Counted from the stretch's first letter, positions 18,636 to 28,789 are shown. The stretch is 64,000 nucleotides of DNA from Terriglobia bacterium (GCA_965198225.1 CBDAOY010000008.1:992001-1056000); one strand, 5' to 3'. The notes: generated by a model not told the origin, from the sequence alone. Program-made: numbers and translations.

Positions 18636-19804
18636 CAGGTCACGCCGACCGACTCGATGGAATAGATTTCCGGAAGGTGCTCGGCCAGCCGCCTCCAGCT
18701 CCCCCCCTCATTCCGACTGGCCCAGACCTCACCGCTCGTTGTGCCGAAGTAGAGACCCAGAGGGTCGCGACCGTCGTGGGACATTGCCTGACGCTTGACG
18801 GTGAACCAGGCATCCGACGTCGGCAGCCCCTGGTCCAGTCGCTTCCAGCTGCGCCCCGCATTGCGGGACACGTAAGCGGCCGGCTTCCCTCCCGGGCTCG
18901 TACGTGGCCAGACCATCGTTCCATCCATCGGGAAAACCCACACCGTGTCCGGGTCCCGAGGGTCGAGGACGATCGGAAAACCAATGTCTCCGATGGTCTT
19001 GGGCATGTTGCTGCCGATTCGAATCCAGTGTCCGTCGGCACGATCCATCCGGTAGATGCCGCAGTGGTTCTGCTGGTACAGCCGGTCCGGGTTCAACGGA
19101 TGCAACTGCAGGTTGTGCGGGTCATGGCCGTATTCGGCTTCGGCGACAGGCAGGAAGTCCGCCGCGCAGCCCTTGTTCAATGGCTTCCAATCCTCGCCCT
19201 GGTCCACCGACTCGAAGACTCCTCCCATCGACATACCGATGTACATGTGTTTTCGATCTCTCGGGTCCACCAGGATCGAATGCATCTTGGGTCCGTCAGG
19301 CGTCCCATCCTGACCTCCGCCAACCCAATCGAAACGCTTCCGGTTTTCGTTAAACCCCTTGACTCCCTCCCAGGTGCGGCCTCGATCTTCAGAACGAAAG
19401 AGTCCCTGAGGCGACGAGCCCGCATACCAGACGTCCGGTTCGGAGGCGTGACCGGACGCCAACCAGAAGACGTGGTTGACGACCAGCGGCTTGCGGCCCC
19501 GACCCGCTTTCTCGAATGCCGGTGGGCGTTCCGCCTCCTTCCAAGACCGGCCCGCGTTCGTGGATCTAAACACCGTCGGACCAAGGTGTCCGGTACGCGC
19601 GGCGACAAGCATCGTCTTTCGGTCCCGAGGGTCGAGAACGATGTGATAGACAATGTGCCCCAGAAACATGGGCTTCGACAGCTTCCAACTGCGGCGCGAC
19701 CTGTCGCCCTGCAGGAAGAAACCGCCTTTTCGTGTCCCTATCAACAGTCTCGGACCGTCGTTTCGAACCCGGCCTCTGACGGATTTTGATCCCGTAGGTT
19801 TCAC
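18635..19804 (-). CDS. BNR/Asp-box beta-propeller protein (glycosyl hydrolase/sialidase-like)
   Basis: LIGTRKG, repeated S.D.G.TW Asp-boxes, LYQQNHCGIYR, GFPIV.DP, YFGTTSGEVW; overlaps the start of the moaD-like gene. Confidence 0.85.
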   Translation of the reverse strand: MKPTGSKSVRGRVRNDGPRLLIGTRKGGFFLQGDRSRRSWKLSKPMFLGHIVYHIVLDPRDRKTMLVAARTGHLGPTVFRSTNAGRSWKEAERPPAFEKAGRGRKPLVVNHVFWLASGHASEPDVWYAGSSPQGLFRSEDRGRTWEGVKGFNENRKRFDWVGGGQDGTPDGPKMHSILVDPRDRKHMYIGMSMGGVFESVDQGEDWKPLNKGCAADFLPVAEAEYGHDPHNLQLHPLNPDRLYQQNHCGIYRMDRADGHWIRIGSNMPKTIGDIGFPIVLDPRDPDTVWVFPMDGTMVWPRTSPGGKPAAYVSRNAGRSWKRLDQGLPTSDAWFTVKRQAMSHDGRDPLGLYFGTTSGEVWASRNEGGSWRRLAEHLPEIYSIESVGVT

Positions 19805-19805
19805 T

Positions 19806-20897
19806 TCACCACTCCCCTTCGTCTTTGGTGTAGGTTCCTCCGACGCGACGGAAGAGCTCCTGGATTTCGTCGACCCCGACCTCGGCGCCCAGAGCCAGCA
19901 TGAGGACGATGCGTGCTTTCAGCCCGTCCAGGTCTTCACCTTCGATCACGCCCGCCTCCACCAGCCGCGAGGACAACGCTACACGGCCTTCGACCGTCCG
20001 CGACACCACCACGACTACCTGGCCCGCCGCCAACGCCGCAGTCAACGCCTCCATCACAGGACGCGGCATGTTGCCCCGTCCGAAGGCTTCGATCACGATA
20101 CCCCGTGCGCCTGTGTCGGTCGAATGCCGGATAAATTTCCCCGTGTCGCCGACAACCAGGCGCACAAGATCGACTCCAGGTTCGACTCGGGAGGCAGAAA
20201 TCCTGACGCGGTTCAACGGCTTCGAATAGAAGATGACTTTCCCCTGATCGATCGTCCCGAGTATTCCCTTCTTCCCCGACTCGAACGATTCGACCGCCAC
20301 CGAGTGATGCTTCGTCACATATCGAGCGGCATGCAGATCGTCATTCAGGGCAACCAGGACCCCCATGTCCCGAGCATTCGGGGACATCGCGGTCCGAATC
20401 GCGGCTTCGAGGTTCCGAGGCCCGTCGGAATCGGAGACACGCGGCGCCCGTTGCGCGGCGGCAAAAACCACCGGACGCGAATCGTCGTGGAGCAGATCCA
20501 CGAAGAAAGCCGTCTCCTCGAGTGAGTCGGTCCCGTGAGTGATCACGATACCCGCCAGGTCCTCCCGGCTCTCGAAGAGCTCTCCAACGCGACTGGCGAG
20601 ACGAAACTGGATCTCGGGGGTCATCGACGAACTGCCGATCCTCGAAAAGTCCTCCTCCTCGATCTGAACGTTGTCCTTGAGCGAAGGAACCAGAGCGACG
20701 AGATCCGACGCACTCAGGCTGCGGGGTCGACCGGTTTCCGCATCGACTCCCCCTGATATCGTTCCGCCGGTTCCGATCACGAAGACCTTCGGGACCGGGA
20801 GGGTTTGGGAAGGAGCCGGGATGGACACCGCGAGGACAAAAATCAGCGACCTGAGCATCGTGTCAGAGATCTTACTCGCTGCCAAAAGCAATGCCAA
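19806..20897 (-). CDS. L-asparaginase
   Basis: GTGGTI, THGTDSLEETA, DGPRNL, KARIVLMLAL; true start may be ATG near 20858. Confidence 0.9.
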   Translation of the reverse strand: MALLLAASKISDTMLRSLIFVLAVSIPAPSQTLPVPKVFVIGTGGTISGGVDAETGRPRSLSASDLVALVPSLKDNVQIEEEDFSRIGSSSMTPEIQFRLASRVGELFESREDLAGIVITHGTDSLEETAFFVDLLHDDSRPVVFAAAQRAPRVSDSDGPRNLEAAIRTAMSPNARDMGVLVALNDDLHAARYVTKHHSVAVESFESGKKGILGTIDQGKVIFYSKPLNRVRISASRVEPGVDLVRLVVGDTGKFIRHSTDTGARGIVIEAFGRGNMPRPVMEALTAALAAGQVVVVVSRTVEGRVALSSRLVEAGVIEGEDLDGLKARIVLMLALGAEVGVDEIQELFRRVGGTYTKDEGEW

Positions 20898-20948
20898 GTC
20901 GGTGGGCGGAGGTCGATCTCACTTACACTTGCACGGAAGGAAGAAGCC

Positions 20949-21035
20949 GCCACGGATTACACAGATTACACGGATAGGAAGGGGCCTGCTGCGGGAAGAC
21001 CACCCTCAATCCGGTAAATCCGTGCAATCCGTGGC
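20949..21035. repeat. 9-mer (CACGGATTA/G) inverted-array element
   Basis: GCCACGGATTACACAGATTACACGGAT ... ATCCGGTAAATCCGTGCAATCCGTGGC. Confidence 0.82.
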
Positions 21036-21085
21036 TGGATTTGTCCCTCCGTCGGGTGCGCTACCATTTTCAGAGCTGAAGACGA

Positions 21086-21607
21086 TCAGGCAGCAGGCGA
21101 GCTCCGATGCAGCCAGAAAGCCACGACGCCCGCCAGTGTCAGCTTCGCGAAATCGATGACTGTGTATGCCGCGTGCAGCAACCCGAACGTCGCCAATTCC
21201 GGCGGCGCCGGATCTCTCCCTACGAAATCCAGCGCCCGGCCGATCGACAGGATCCCGGGTGTGAGACCGATCGCGAGGATCACGACCAGAAGCAGCATCA
21301 CCGCCACACCCCGGCGAATGCGGCGGGGCTCGATCGAGTAGACGAGCCAGAGAGAGACGCCCGCGATCCCGAGTTGCGCGAAGTTCCATAGCTGGAAGAA
21401 GAGGCGATTCAGCTCCGAGGAAAGGTACCGCATGAAGTCGCGCGCCTGCGCCCGGCCGAGCTCGGCAACCACGCCGCCGAACGTCTCGTTCGGACTCTGG
21501 TCGAGCAGGCGATCGATTGTGTAGAAGTTCTCGGTCGCAACGAGAGCCATGAACAGGCTCCCCGCGAGCCACACGCCCATCAGAAAGATCCCCGCGTCAC
21601 GTCTCAT
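21086..21607 (-). CDS. DUF4149-like membrane protein
   Basis: Four TM segments; W..GS at the N-terminus; F..LH..Y near the C-terminus. Confidence 0.65.
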   Translation of the reverse strand: MRRDAGIFLMGVWLAGSLFMALVATENFYTIDRLLDQSPNETFGGVVAELGRAQARDFMRYLSSELNRLFFQLWNFAQLGIAGVSLWLVYSIEPRRIRRGVAVMLLLVVILAIGLTPGILSIGRALDFVGRDPAPPELATFGLLHAAYTVIDFAKLTLAGVVAFWLHRSSPAA

Positions 21608-21620
21608 ATATCTGCTTGCA

Positions 21621-22337
21621 CTAGCGGCGCCGGATGACGCCCTTGGCGTTCAGAGCGAACCCTTCGGGGAGAGTCTCCTCTATCTTGGGACGGAAACCCT
21701 TCACCGCCCAGTCGCGTTCGGCGAAGAGGTCGGCGATTTTCAACCGGATCCGGGGACGATCTTCGGCATCGAGAAAGGCTTGGAGCAGGGTTTCCCTCTC
21801 CGAAGAACCGATCTCGACGAGGCCTTCGATCGCGGCTATCCGGACGTCGTCATCGGAGTCTCCCAGAAATCCCCGCAGCAACCCCGCCATTTCAGCCGAA
21901 ACGTGTCCCCCAACGGCGCGAAGCAGGCTCACGCGGTGTTCGGGCGCGGCAAATTCGCTTAGCGCGACGGTCTCTATCGTCTCGACGAGATGTCGGACGA
22001 GTTCCTCTTGAGGAACAATCCGTGCCAGGGCCCGGACCGGCCAGTCGACCTGGTGGTTTGTCTTCATGAACCGGAGCAGAGGCTCGACCGAAGCATCGGC
22101 GAGCCCCACGAGCATGTCGACGACAATCCGTTTCTCTTCGATGTCCTGCGTGATCACGCGTGAAGACACCGTGAAACGTTTCACGAGACCGAAGATGGCC
22201 TCAGGTGTGCCCCAGCCTGCCAGCCTCTCGGCCGCCTCGATTCGGGGACCCTGTTCGCCGTGAGGTTCGGTAAGCCTCTTGACTGTCTTTTGGATCTGCT
22301 TTGGCGAAGGTTGGCCTCGCCGGAAAAGGTCAAACAT
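21621..22337 (-). CDS. HEAT-repeat protein
   Basis: Helical repeats such as LGDSDDDVRIAAIEGL. Confidence 0.75.
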   Translation of the reverse strand: MFDLFRRGQPSPKQIQKTVKRLTEPHGEQGPRIEAAERLAGWGTPEAIFGLVKRFTVSSRVITQDIEEKRIVVDMLVGLADASVEPLLRFMKTNHQVDWPVRALARIVPQEELVRHLVETIETVALSEFAAPEHRVSLLRAVGGHVSAEMAGLLRGFLGDSDDDVRIAAIEGLVEIGSSERETLLQAFLDAEDRPRIRLKIADLFAERDWAVKGFRPKIEETLPEGFALNAKGVIRRR

Positions 22338-22350
22338 CGTTGTGGGTCGG

Positions 22351-23148
22351 CTAGTCGGGAAGCCGCGTCAGGGAGAATGGATCGACGCGGGCATTCTGAA
22401 TCCGGAACCCCCAGTGAAGATGTGGTCCTGTCACCCGCCCCGTGGCACCGACCAAACCCACCGTCGCTCCCTTGTCGGCGATGTCGCCCTCTGCAACGTC
22501 AATCCTCGAAAGATGGAGGTACATGGAGTAGATTCCCAGCCCGTGATCGAGTATGACCGTGTTGCCGTTGAAGAAGAAATCACCCGTCACGATTACACGG
22601 CCCCGGTTCGCCGCTGACACGGGTGTCCCGGTCGTGGCGGAGATGTCCGCACCGGAATGCGGATTCCTCGGTTGATCGTTGAACACACGACGATGCCCGA
22701 AGTTGCTGCCTTCGCCCTCCGGAATCGGCACGTCGAAGGGTTCCCTCCAGAGAATTTCTGGTGTGACGGTGCGGAATACCGCGCCGAGTCGCCGGCTTTC
22801 GCGGTTGGCACGCGCCAGATTTTCCGGGCTCAGTTCGACGAACCGGGGTTCGACTGTGAGTCGGGTGATCGGAAAAGACTTGTCGGTGACGCGCACGATC
22901 TCTCGGCGCTCCTCATTCCGGCCGTCGGCGAAGTGGAAGGACACGGTGGCGGGGTGATCCCCCGGACTCATGTCCAGGTCGGCTCCGATGATCGTGATCC
23001 ATCGATCGTCGACCCGAGCGAGTGGCACGTCCCGGTTCCGCCACTGGATCTCGACCTGCGTCAACCCTTCTTCATGAGGGTAGTCGACACGCAACGCGTC
23101 TCCCTGAACGACCGAGAAGACGATCAGCATCAATGTCAGTATCGACAT
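22351..23148 (-). CDS. M23 family metallopeptidase
   Basis: HSGAD, YLHLS, GRVTGPHLHW. Confidence 0.92.
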   Translation of the reverse strand: MSILTLMLIVFSVVQGDALRVDYPHEEGLTQVEIQWRNRDVPLARVDDRWITIIGADLDMSPGDHPATVSFHFADGRNEERREIVRVTDKSFPITRLTVEPRFVELSPENLARANRESRRLGAVFRTVTPEILWREPFDVPIPEGEGSNFGHRRVFNDQPRNPHSGADISATTGTPVSAANRGRVIVTGDFFFNGNTVILDHGLGIYSMYLHLSRIDVAEGDIADKGATVGLVGATGRVTGPHLHWGFRIQNARVDPFSLTRLPD

Positions 23149-23256
23149 CTCACCTCCGGTAGGGACAAAGAACCACTTTAATTATTTTACGACAGGAAGG
23201 GACTGATTAGGGTCTAGTGGCCTGTAACGGCAGTCTGGTGGCCCGCGAAAGCACCT

Positions 23257-25422
23257 GTGATACTTTCTTCTCTCGTGTCCACAGAACCGCCTGAGAAGAA
23301 AACGCTCTCGCTCGACGACATCTACCACCCGGACAGCAAAATCGACTTTGACGGGAAACCGCCCGAGAAACTGCGCTGGTTCGATTCCGACCACTATCTA
23401 CAGCCAGGAAAGGACGAAGACGTTCCGGTCTTGAAGGTGCATGCCCCGACCGGCCGCTCCGAACCCTTCTACGACTCCTCCCTCATGCGTAAGTCCCTGG
23501 AAGGACTCCCGGGCCTGACCCCGGAAGACGCGCGGCGTCTAGCCGCACGCAAAGGCCACGCTCCGGACGAAAACATGACGGCATTCCTGATTCACCACGA
23601 ATCCGACTTGCTGTACTATCGGCTCGCCGACGCGTCAGCCTTCGTCCTGGCCGAAGGACGAGACGCGAAAGTCGCGGCGGAATTCAGTCCCGATGGCCGC
23701 CTTGTCTGCTACATCAAAGACAACAACATTCATGTGGTCGAGGTCGAAACCCGCATCGACCTTGCACTCACGAAGGAAGGGACCAACACGACTCTCGCCG
23801 GACGCCTGGACTGGGTCTACCAGGAGGAGCTTTACGGCCGGGACAATTTCAAGGGCTACTGGTGGAGTCCGGATTCGACCAGGATCGCTTTCCTCCTACT
23901 CGACACCTCATCTGTCCGGCCCTTCACTTTGATCGACCACGTCCCGACCACCCCGGCACTCGAGATATCGCACTACCCGAAGGCCGGTCAGGCGAACCCC
24001 ACCGTGCGGCTGGGGGTCGTGTCGGCTGCCGGAGGGCCGGTCCAATGGATCGACACCTCGGCGTATGATCAGGTCGAACACCTCGTCGTTCGCGTCGCCT
24101 GGACGCCCGAGGGCCGCTCGATCGCCTATCAGGTTCAGGACCGCGAACAGACCTGGCTCGACCTCAACCTGGCGAGCGCGGCTTCCGGCGCCTCAGAGAC
24201 CCTGTTTCGCGAGACGTCGGGGGCGTGGGTCAGAGCCCTGGACGACCCCCGATGGTTGAAGGACGAGTCCTTCCTCTGGCTCAGCGAACGGTCCGGCTGG
24301 AAACACCTCTACCACTACGGCAGGGAGCATGATCTCGCCAGGCAGGTAACCGGGGGCGAGTGGGAGGTGCGGGAACTTCACGGTTTGGACGAAGGCCGCG
24401 GACTCGTTTACTTCACCGGGACCGAGCACAGCCACATCGCAAACCACGTCTACCGGATCGGGCTGGACGGTGTGGGACTGACTCGCCTGAGCCAGCAGGA
24501 CGGAACGCACCAGGCCGAGTTCTCTCCCGCCTTCGACTACTTCATCGATTACAGCAGCGACACCACACGGCCGACTCAGGCTCGCTTGCGCGATGCGTCT
24601 GGTGAACAGATCCGGGCGATCGACGAGAACAGACGTCCGGAACTCGACCGGTACCTGTGGGGTGAAACGGAGTTTCTGCAGGTCTCCGCTCGGGACGGCT
24701 TCATCATGGAAGCGATGATGATCCGGCCACCGGACTTCGATCCGTCGAAGAAATACCCCGTCCTTGTGCACACCTACGGCGGACCATCCGCCCCCAAGGT
24801 GGTCGATGCATGGGGTGGCGCCACCTCCCTTTGGCACCAGATGCTGGCTCAGCGGGGCTACATCATCTGGATCTGCGACAACCGATCGGCAAGCGGGAAG
24901 GGGGCCGGATCCGCCTGGCCAGTCTACCGTAACCTGGGAGAGTTGGAGCTCCAGGACCTGGAAGACGGTCTCGCCTGGCTGAAGTCCATGCCGTACACGA
25001 ACGGATCGCGGATCGGGATCTGGGGTTGGAGTTTTGGGGGCACCTTAACCGTTAATGCGCTGACTCGCAGCCAGGCTTTCAAGGTCGGGATAGCCGGCGC
25101 GCCTGTAACGGACTGGCGCCTGTACGACACGATCTACACCGAACGGTACATGGGCACGCCGGACAAGAACCCGGAAGGCTATGAGAAGAGTTCCCTGTTG
25201 AAGGGAGCTGAACACCTCCACGGAAAACTCCTGCTCATACACGGAACGATGGATGACAACGTCCACATGCAGAACTCCATCCAGTTGATCCTCGAGCTAC
25301 AGAAAGCGGGCAAGCAGTTCGACTTCATGCTCTACCCCGGCACCCGTCACGGCATCGAAGACCCCCACCAGCTTTACCACCTGCGAACGCTGATGACCGA
25401 TTTCATCCTGGAAAACCTTTGA
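23257..25422 (+). CDS. S9B dipeptidyl peptidase IV family protein
   Basis: DWVYQEE, GIWGWSFGG, HGTMDDNVH, YPGTRHGI. Confidence 0.93.
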   Translation: MILSSLVSTEPPEKKTLSLDDIYHPDSKIDFDGKPPEKLRWFDSDHYLQPGKDEDVPVLKVHAPTGRSEPFYDSSLMRKSLEGLPGLTPEDARRLAARKGHAPDENMTAFLIHHESDLLYYRLADASAFVLAEGRDAKVAAEFSPDGRLVCYIKDNNIHVVEVETRIDLALTKEGTNTTLAGRLDWVYQEELYGRDNFKGYWWSPDSTRIAFLLLDTSSVRPFTLIDHVPTTPALEISHYPKAGQANPTVRLGVVSAAGGPVQWIDTSAYDQVEHLVVRVAWTPEGRSIAYQVQDREQTWLDLNLASAASGASETLFRETSGAWVRALDDPRWLKDESFLWLSERSGWKHLYHYGREHDLARQVTGGEWEVRELHGLDEGRGLVYFTGTEHSHIANHVYRIGLDGVGLTRLSQQDGTHQAEFSPAFDYFIDYSSDTTRPTQARLRDASGEQIRAIDENRRPELDRYLWGETEFLQVSARDGFIMEAMMIRPPDFDPSKKYPVLVHTYGGPSAPKVVDAWGGATSLWHQMLAQRGYIIWICDNRSASGKGAGSAWPVYRNLGELELQDLEDGLAWLKSMPYTNGSRIGIWGWSFGGTLTVNALTRSQAFKVGIAGAPVTDWRLYDTIYTERYMGTPDKNPEGYEKSSLLKGAEHLHGKLLLIHGTMDDNVHMQNSIQLILELQKAGKQFDFMLYPGTRHGIEDPHQLYHLRTLMTDFILENL

Positions 25423-25432
25423 AGGGAGGTTT

Positions 25433-25517
25433 TAACCACGGAGGTGCGAAGGCACTGAGGTTCGATAACGGGTAGATCGAACACAAGTTCCTCTGTGCCT
25501 TCGCGTCTCCGTGATTA
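25433..25517. repeat. AACCACGGAG-type 9-mer inverted-array element
   Basis: TAACCACGGAGGTGCGAAGGCACTGAGG ... CCTCTGTGCCTTCGCGTCTCCGTGATTA; related to 55311-55376. Confidence 0.75.
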
Positions 25518-25528
25518 TGGATCTTCCC

Positions 25529-26674
25529 TCACGAGCAGAAGTCGTCGACCAGGGCGACCAGCGCAGCCTGACAGGCCAGGACGTCGTCGGCCACGACATA
25601 CTCTTCGATGCTGTGGAGGCCTTTGCCGGTCGGACCGAAGATGACGGAAGGGATCCCGGCCTGTCCCAGTACGGCCGCGTCGGTCCAGAACGTCATGCTG
25701 GATCGGTCCGTCTTCCTGCCGATGCCCTCCACGGCTTTCACGAGGTCCTCGGCGATCGGGTGGTCGGTGGGTGTCTCGTAGGGCGGTTGCCCGAACACGT
25801 AACGGGCGGTTGCATGGAACTCGGAGTCCTCGGCACGCAGGTCCCTGATGATCGACTCCACCTCGGTAAGGGATATCTCGCCCGACTCTCCCGCGACCGT
25901 GCGGCGCTCCATCTTCAGCGTGCAGCGGTCCGGGTACGTGCTCCACTCCTTGCCGCCGTCGATCAATGAAGCATGGAGCGATGCCGTCCCCATCAGCGGA
26001 TGAGGCTCCCGCGACGCCAGTTCGCGATCCAGACGCTCCAGGCGCGACAAAACCCGCCCCATCCGCAGGATCGCATCCAATCCATCGAGCGGCCGACTAC
26101 CGTGGGCGGCGCGACCTTCTACATCGATCTCGACCCACTCAAAACCCTTGTGACCCACCGCCACGGACATGTCGGTCGGCTCGCCCACGACGGCCGCGTC
26201 GGCCGTCCATTCCTTGACGAGTTCCCGCGCGCCGATACTGGAGTACTCCTCGTCAATGACGCCGGCGATGATCAATCGGCCGGTTTTCGGTCCACCGTTG
26301 TCTGCGATGACCCGAGCGGCTCCCATCATCGAGACCAGTCCGCCTTTCATATCCTGGGATCCGCGCCCGTAGACCTTTCCATCCGTGTAGGTCGGATCAA
26401 ACGGCCCCTCCATTCCAGCCACCCCCACCGTGTCGGTGTGACCGCAGAACATCATCGAGGGACCGGTCTTGCCGCTGTCGAGAACCCCGATGACGTTGGG
26501 CCGGCCGGGCGCAGCCTCCTGGAACTCGACGTCGAGGCCCATCTTCCCGAGTTCGTCCGCCACGGCCTGGGCGATATCGCCTTCCCCGGTATGCCCGGAC
26601 GCCAGTGACGGATTCACGGAATCGATTGCGACCATGTTGCGAAGCAGCTGAATCGTGTCTCTCGCCATCGTCAA
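25529..26674 (-). CDS. ArgE/DapE family deacylase (M20)
   Basis: GHTDTV, GRGSQDMKGG, DEE, GEPT, GRAAHGS, H..EE. Confidence 0.9.
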   Translation of the reverse strand: MTMARDTIQLLRNMVAIDSVNPSLASGHTGEGDIAQAVADELGKMGLDVEFQEAAPGRPNVIGVLDSGKTGPSMMFCGHTDTVGVAGMEGPFDPTYTDGKVYGRGSQDMKGGLVSMMGAARVIADNGGPKTGRLIIAGVIDEEYSSIGARELVKEWTADAAVVGEPTDMSVAVGHKGFEWVEIDVEGRAAHGSRPLDGLDAILRMGRVLSRLERLDRELASREPHPLMGTASLHASLIDGGKEWSTYPDRCTLKMERRTVAGESGEISLTEVESIIRDLRAEDSEFHATARYVFGQPPYETPTDHPIAEDLVKAVEGIGRKTDRSSMTFWTDAAVLGQAGIPSVIFGPTGKGLHSIEEYVVADDVLACQAALVALVDDFCS

Positions 26675-26677
26675 ACC

Positions 26678-27223
26678 TCAGAAGAGACCGGGATAGGTGA
26701 TCCGATCGCCATCCACCCGCGCAAAGCCGGTCATCTTGTGCGGGTCGCAGCGTGTGGCGCTGACTATATGACCGATCCGGAAACTGTTCAAGGCGAGCGC
26801 GTCCGACACCAGGGCACGATGGCAGCGGTGAAAGGCATTTTCGGTACAGACATAGACGGTCCGGGCGCTTCGGATCGACTCGATCAGCCGTTTCAACGCC
26901 TGCGCGAATCGATCGGTCTGCATGTAGTCGGCATAGCCTCGGAAGCTGGCATCCTGCCATCCCGCGTTCTGGAGGCTGTCGGGATCCGGTTTTCGGAAGC
27001 CTCCCAGGTCTTTCAGGTGGACGTACTCGATGCCCAGCTCAGGGAGCCTGGTTTCGACGTTCTCACGGTTGAACTGCGGGGTGTGGCGCGAACGGGGCGA
27101 AACGCGGATGTCGATGAGCCGACGAACGTCGTAGGACGACAGCAAATCGGCGGTCTCCTCCCATGTCCGGTTGGAGAAACCCAGCGTGAAGACGTCAAAC
27201 TCCTCGATCGACACAGCCTGCAC
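26678..27223 (-). CDS. DUF488 family protein
   Basis: FTLGFSNR, LIDIR..PRSRH.PQFN, LGG.R, SFRGYADYM, C.E...RCHR; start trimmed to avoid overlap with the sigma factor gene. Confidence 0.85.
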   Translation of the reverse strand: MQAVSIEEFDVFTLGFSNRTWEETADLLSSYDVRRLIDIRVSPRSRHTPQFNRENVETRLPELGIEYVHLKDLGGFRKPDPDSLQNAGWQDASFRGYADYMQTDRFAQALKRLIESIRSARTVYVCTENAFHRCHRALVSDALALNSFRIGHIVSATRCDPHKMTGFARVDGDRITYPGLF

Positions 27224-27301
27224 GATCGCACAAAAACCCGCCTCTCTCGATTTTTTTCGACTTGCGGGAATAATCTCCTCTTTCCGTGGAATTATTACTA
27301 T

Positions 27302-27865
27302 ATGGGGCTCTTCCGGCAGCCGACACGGCGGGCCGATTTCGAGGCGGCCGCCCTTCCGTTCCTGGAAGACATCTTTCGCGCCGCCCGCCGAATGGCCGCC
27401 GATCAGTCCCACGCGGAAGATCTGGTACAGCAGGTGTACCTAACGGCCTGGAAGGTTTTCGACCGGTTCCAGCCGGGAACGAACTGCAAAGCCTGGTTGT
27501 TCAAGATTCTCTTCAACGAGATTCTTCATCATCGCCGCCGGCTGGCCACCGACCCGACGGTGCGCGGCAATTCCGAACTGGAGCAGACCTATGAGCCGCC
27601 GGTGCCGGAGGAGTTGAGAGATGAAGACATGCTGCGGGCCATCGACGACGTTTCCGAGGACTTCCGGAAGGCTGTTTTGCTCGCCGACGTTCACGAGTTC
27701 TCTTACAAGGAGATCGCCGAGATCCTGGGGATTCCGGTTGGCACGGTGATGTCCCGCCTGAACCGGGGACGAAAACTGTTCAGGAGCAAGCTGGCCCGGT
27801 TCGCCGGGCTCGACAACGGGGACCAGGGCGGTCGGACCCGCAGCGGCTCAGGACAACCGGGTTGA
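27302..27865 (+). CDS. ECF RNA polymerase sigma-70 factor
   Basis: AEDLVQ, GTNCKAWLFKIL.N, SYKEIAEILGIPVGTVMSRLNRGR. Confidence 0.92.
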   Translation: MGLFRQPTRRADFEAAALPFLEDIFRAARRMAADQSHAEDLVQQVYLTAWKVFDRFQPGTNCKAWLFKILFNEILHHRRRLATDPTVRGNSELEQTYEPPVPEELRDEDMLRAIDDVSEDFRKAVLLADVHEFSYKEIAEILGIPVGTVMSRLNRGRKLFRSKLARFAGLDNGDQGGRTRSGSGQPG

Positions 27866-27872
27866 CAGAACG

Positions 27873-28751
27873 ATGAAACTGATCAACTTCAAAGACGGCG
27901 TCTGCAGGAAGATTCAGGCTCATTTCGACGCATACATGGACAACGAGCTGCTCGTGGAAACGAACAGGGAGGTGCTCGAACACCTCGAGTCATGTCCGGG
28001 CTGCTCCACCGTGCTGGAAGACCGCATCCGTTTGCGCTCAGCTCTGCACCGAGCCGGCTCCCGGGTTGCGGTCCCGGGAGCGCTTGGCGACTCTGTTCGT
28101 GCTTCGCTCAGCAAAGCGTCAACAGCGCCGGCCTGGCCCCGGTGGGCAGCGGCGGCAGCCGCCGCAGCCGTCGTGCTGGCCCTCGGGCTGACGTCGACGG
28201 GCCTGCTCCGGCAACCGGCCGTGCCCGCCGCCGGGTCGACACGGCCTCAAGCACTCCTCGTCGACGAGTTGCAGAGAGCGCTCGCTCCCGGTGTGGACAA
28301 TCACCTCTACTGCACGATCGAGCACGGTTTCGACGAGAGGAGCTTCACGTCGGATGAAATGAAGACTGCCATCGGTGCGGGATACACCGAACTCGTCTCG
28401 CTGGTCGAAGCCGATGCCCCACCCGAGTACACGCTCACAGTCGCGCATCACTGCTCGACGGACGGACGCCGCTTCATCCACCTGGTTCTCCAGGGGAATG
28501 GGACCGCCGTGTCGCTTGCAGTCACGACCAAGGGCGGAACGGCGTTTCCGCGTCGGGAGCTGGCGGAGGTTCTCGACGAGTTTGAATTCCCGCTGTATGC
28601 CAACCAGGTACGGGGCTATGAAGTCGCGGGCTTTGAAAGCCGAAATCACTACACCTTTGTGGTCTCTGATCTGACGCGAAGTGAGAACGTCCGAATCGCT
28701 ACGGCCCTGGCTTCATCCGTACGTGAATTTCTTTCCCAAATCGAGATATAG
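27873..28751 (+). CDS. Anti-sigma factor (zf-HC2 + TM + extracytoplasmic domain)
   Basis: HLESCPGC, WAAAAAAAAVVLALG TM segment; directly after the ECF sigma gene. Confidence 0.85.
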   Translation: MKLINFKDGVCRKIQAHFDAYMDNELLVETNREVLEHLESCPGCSTVLEDRIRLRSALHRAGSRVAVPGALGDSVRASLSKASTAPAWPRWAAAAAAAAVVLALGLTSTGLLRQPAVPAAGSTRPQALLVDELQRALAPGVDNHLYCTIEHGFDERSFTSDEMKTAIGAGYTELVSLVEADAPPEYTLTVAHHCSTDGRRFIHLVLQGNGTAVSLAVTTKGGTAFPRRELAEVLDEFEFPLYANQVRGYEVAGFESRNHYTFVVSDLTRSENVRIATALASSVREFLSQIEI

Positions 28752-28758
28752 TATTTAG

Positions 28759-28789
28759 TTGAACTCATTCCATGTTTGAACTCATTCCA
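28759..28789 (+). promoter_or_regulatory. Perfect 14-bp direct repeat upstream of ccdA
   Basis: TTGAACTCATTCCA-tgt-TTGAACTCATTCCA; regulatory role is inferred. Confidence 0.45.

Noticed and set aside
26738-27301. Long N-terminal extensions in the ORF track for the ECF sigma (also cyaY, thiD, the PQQ propeller)
   Set aside because: They overlap neighbouring real genes or repeats; downstream starts fit family lengths better
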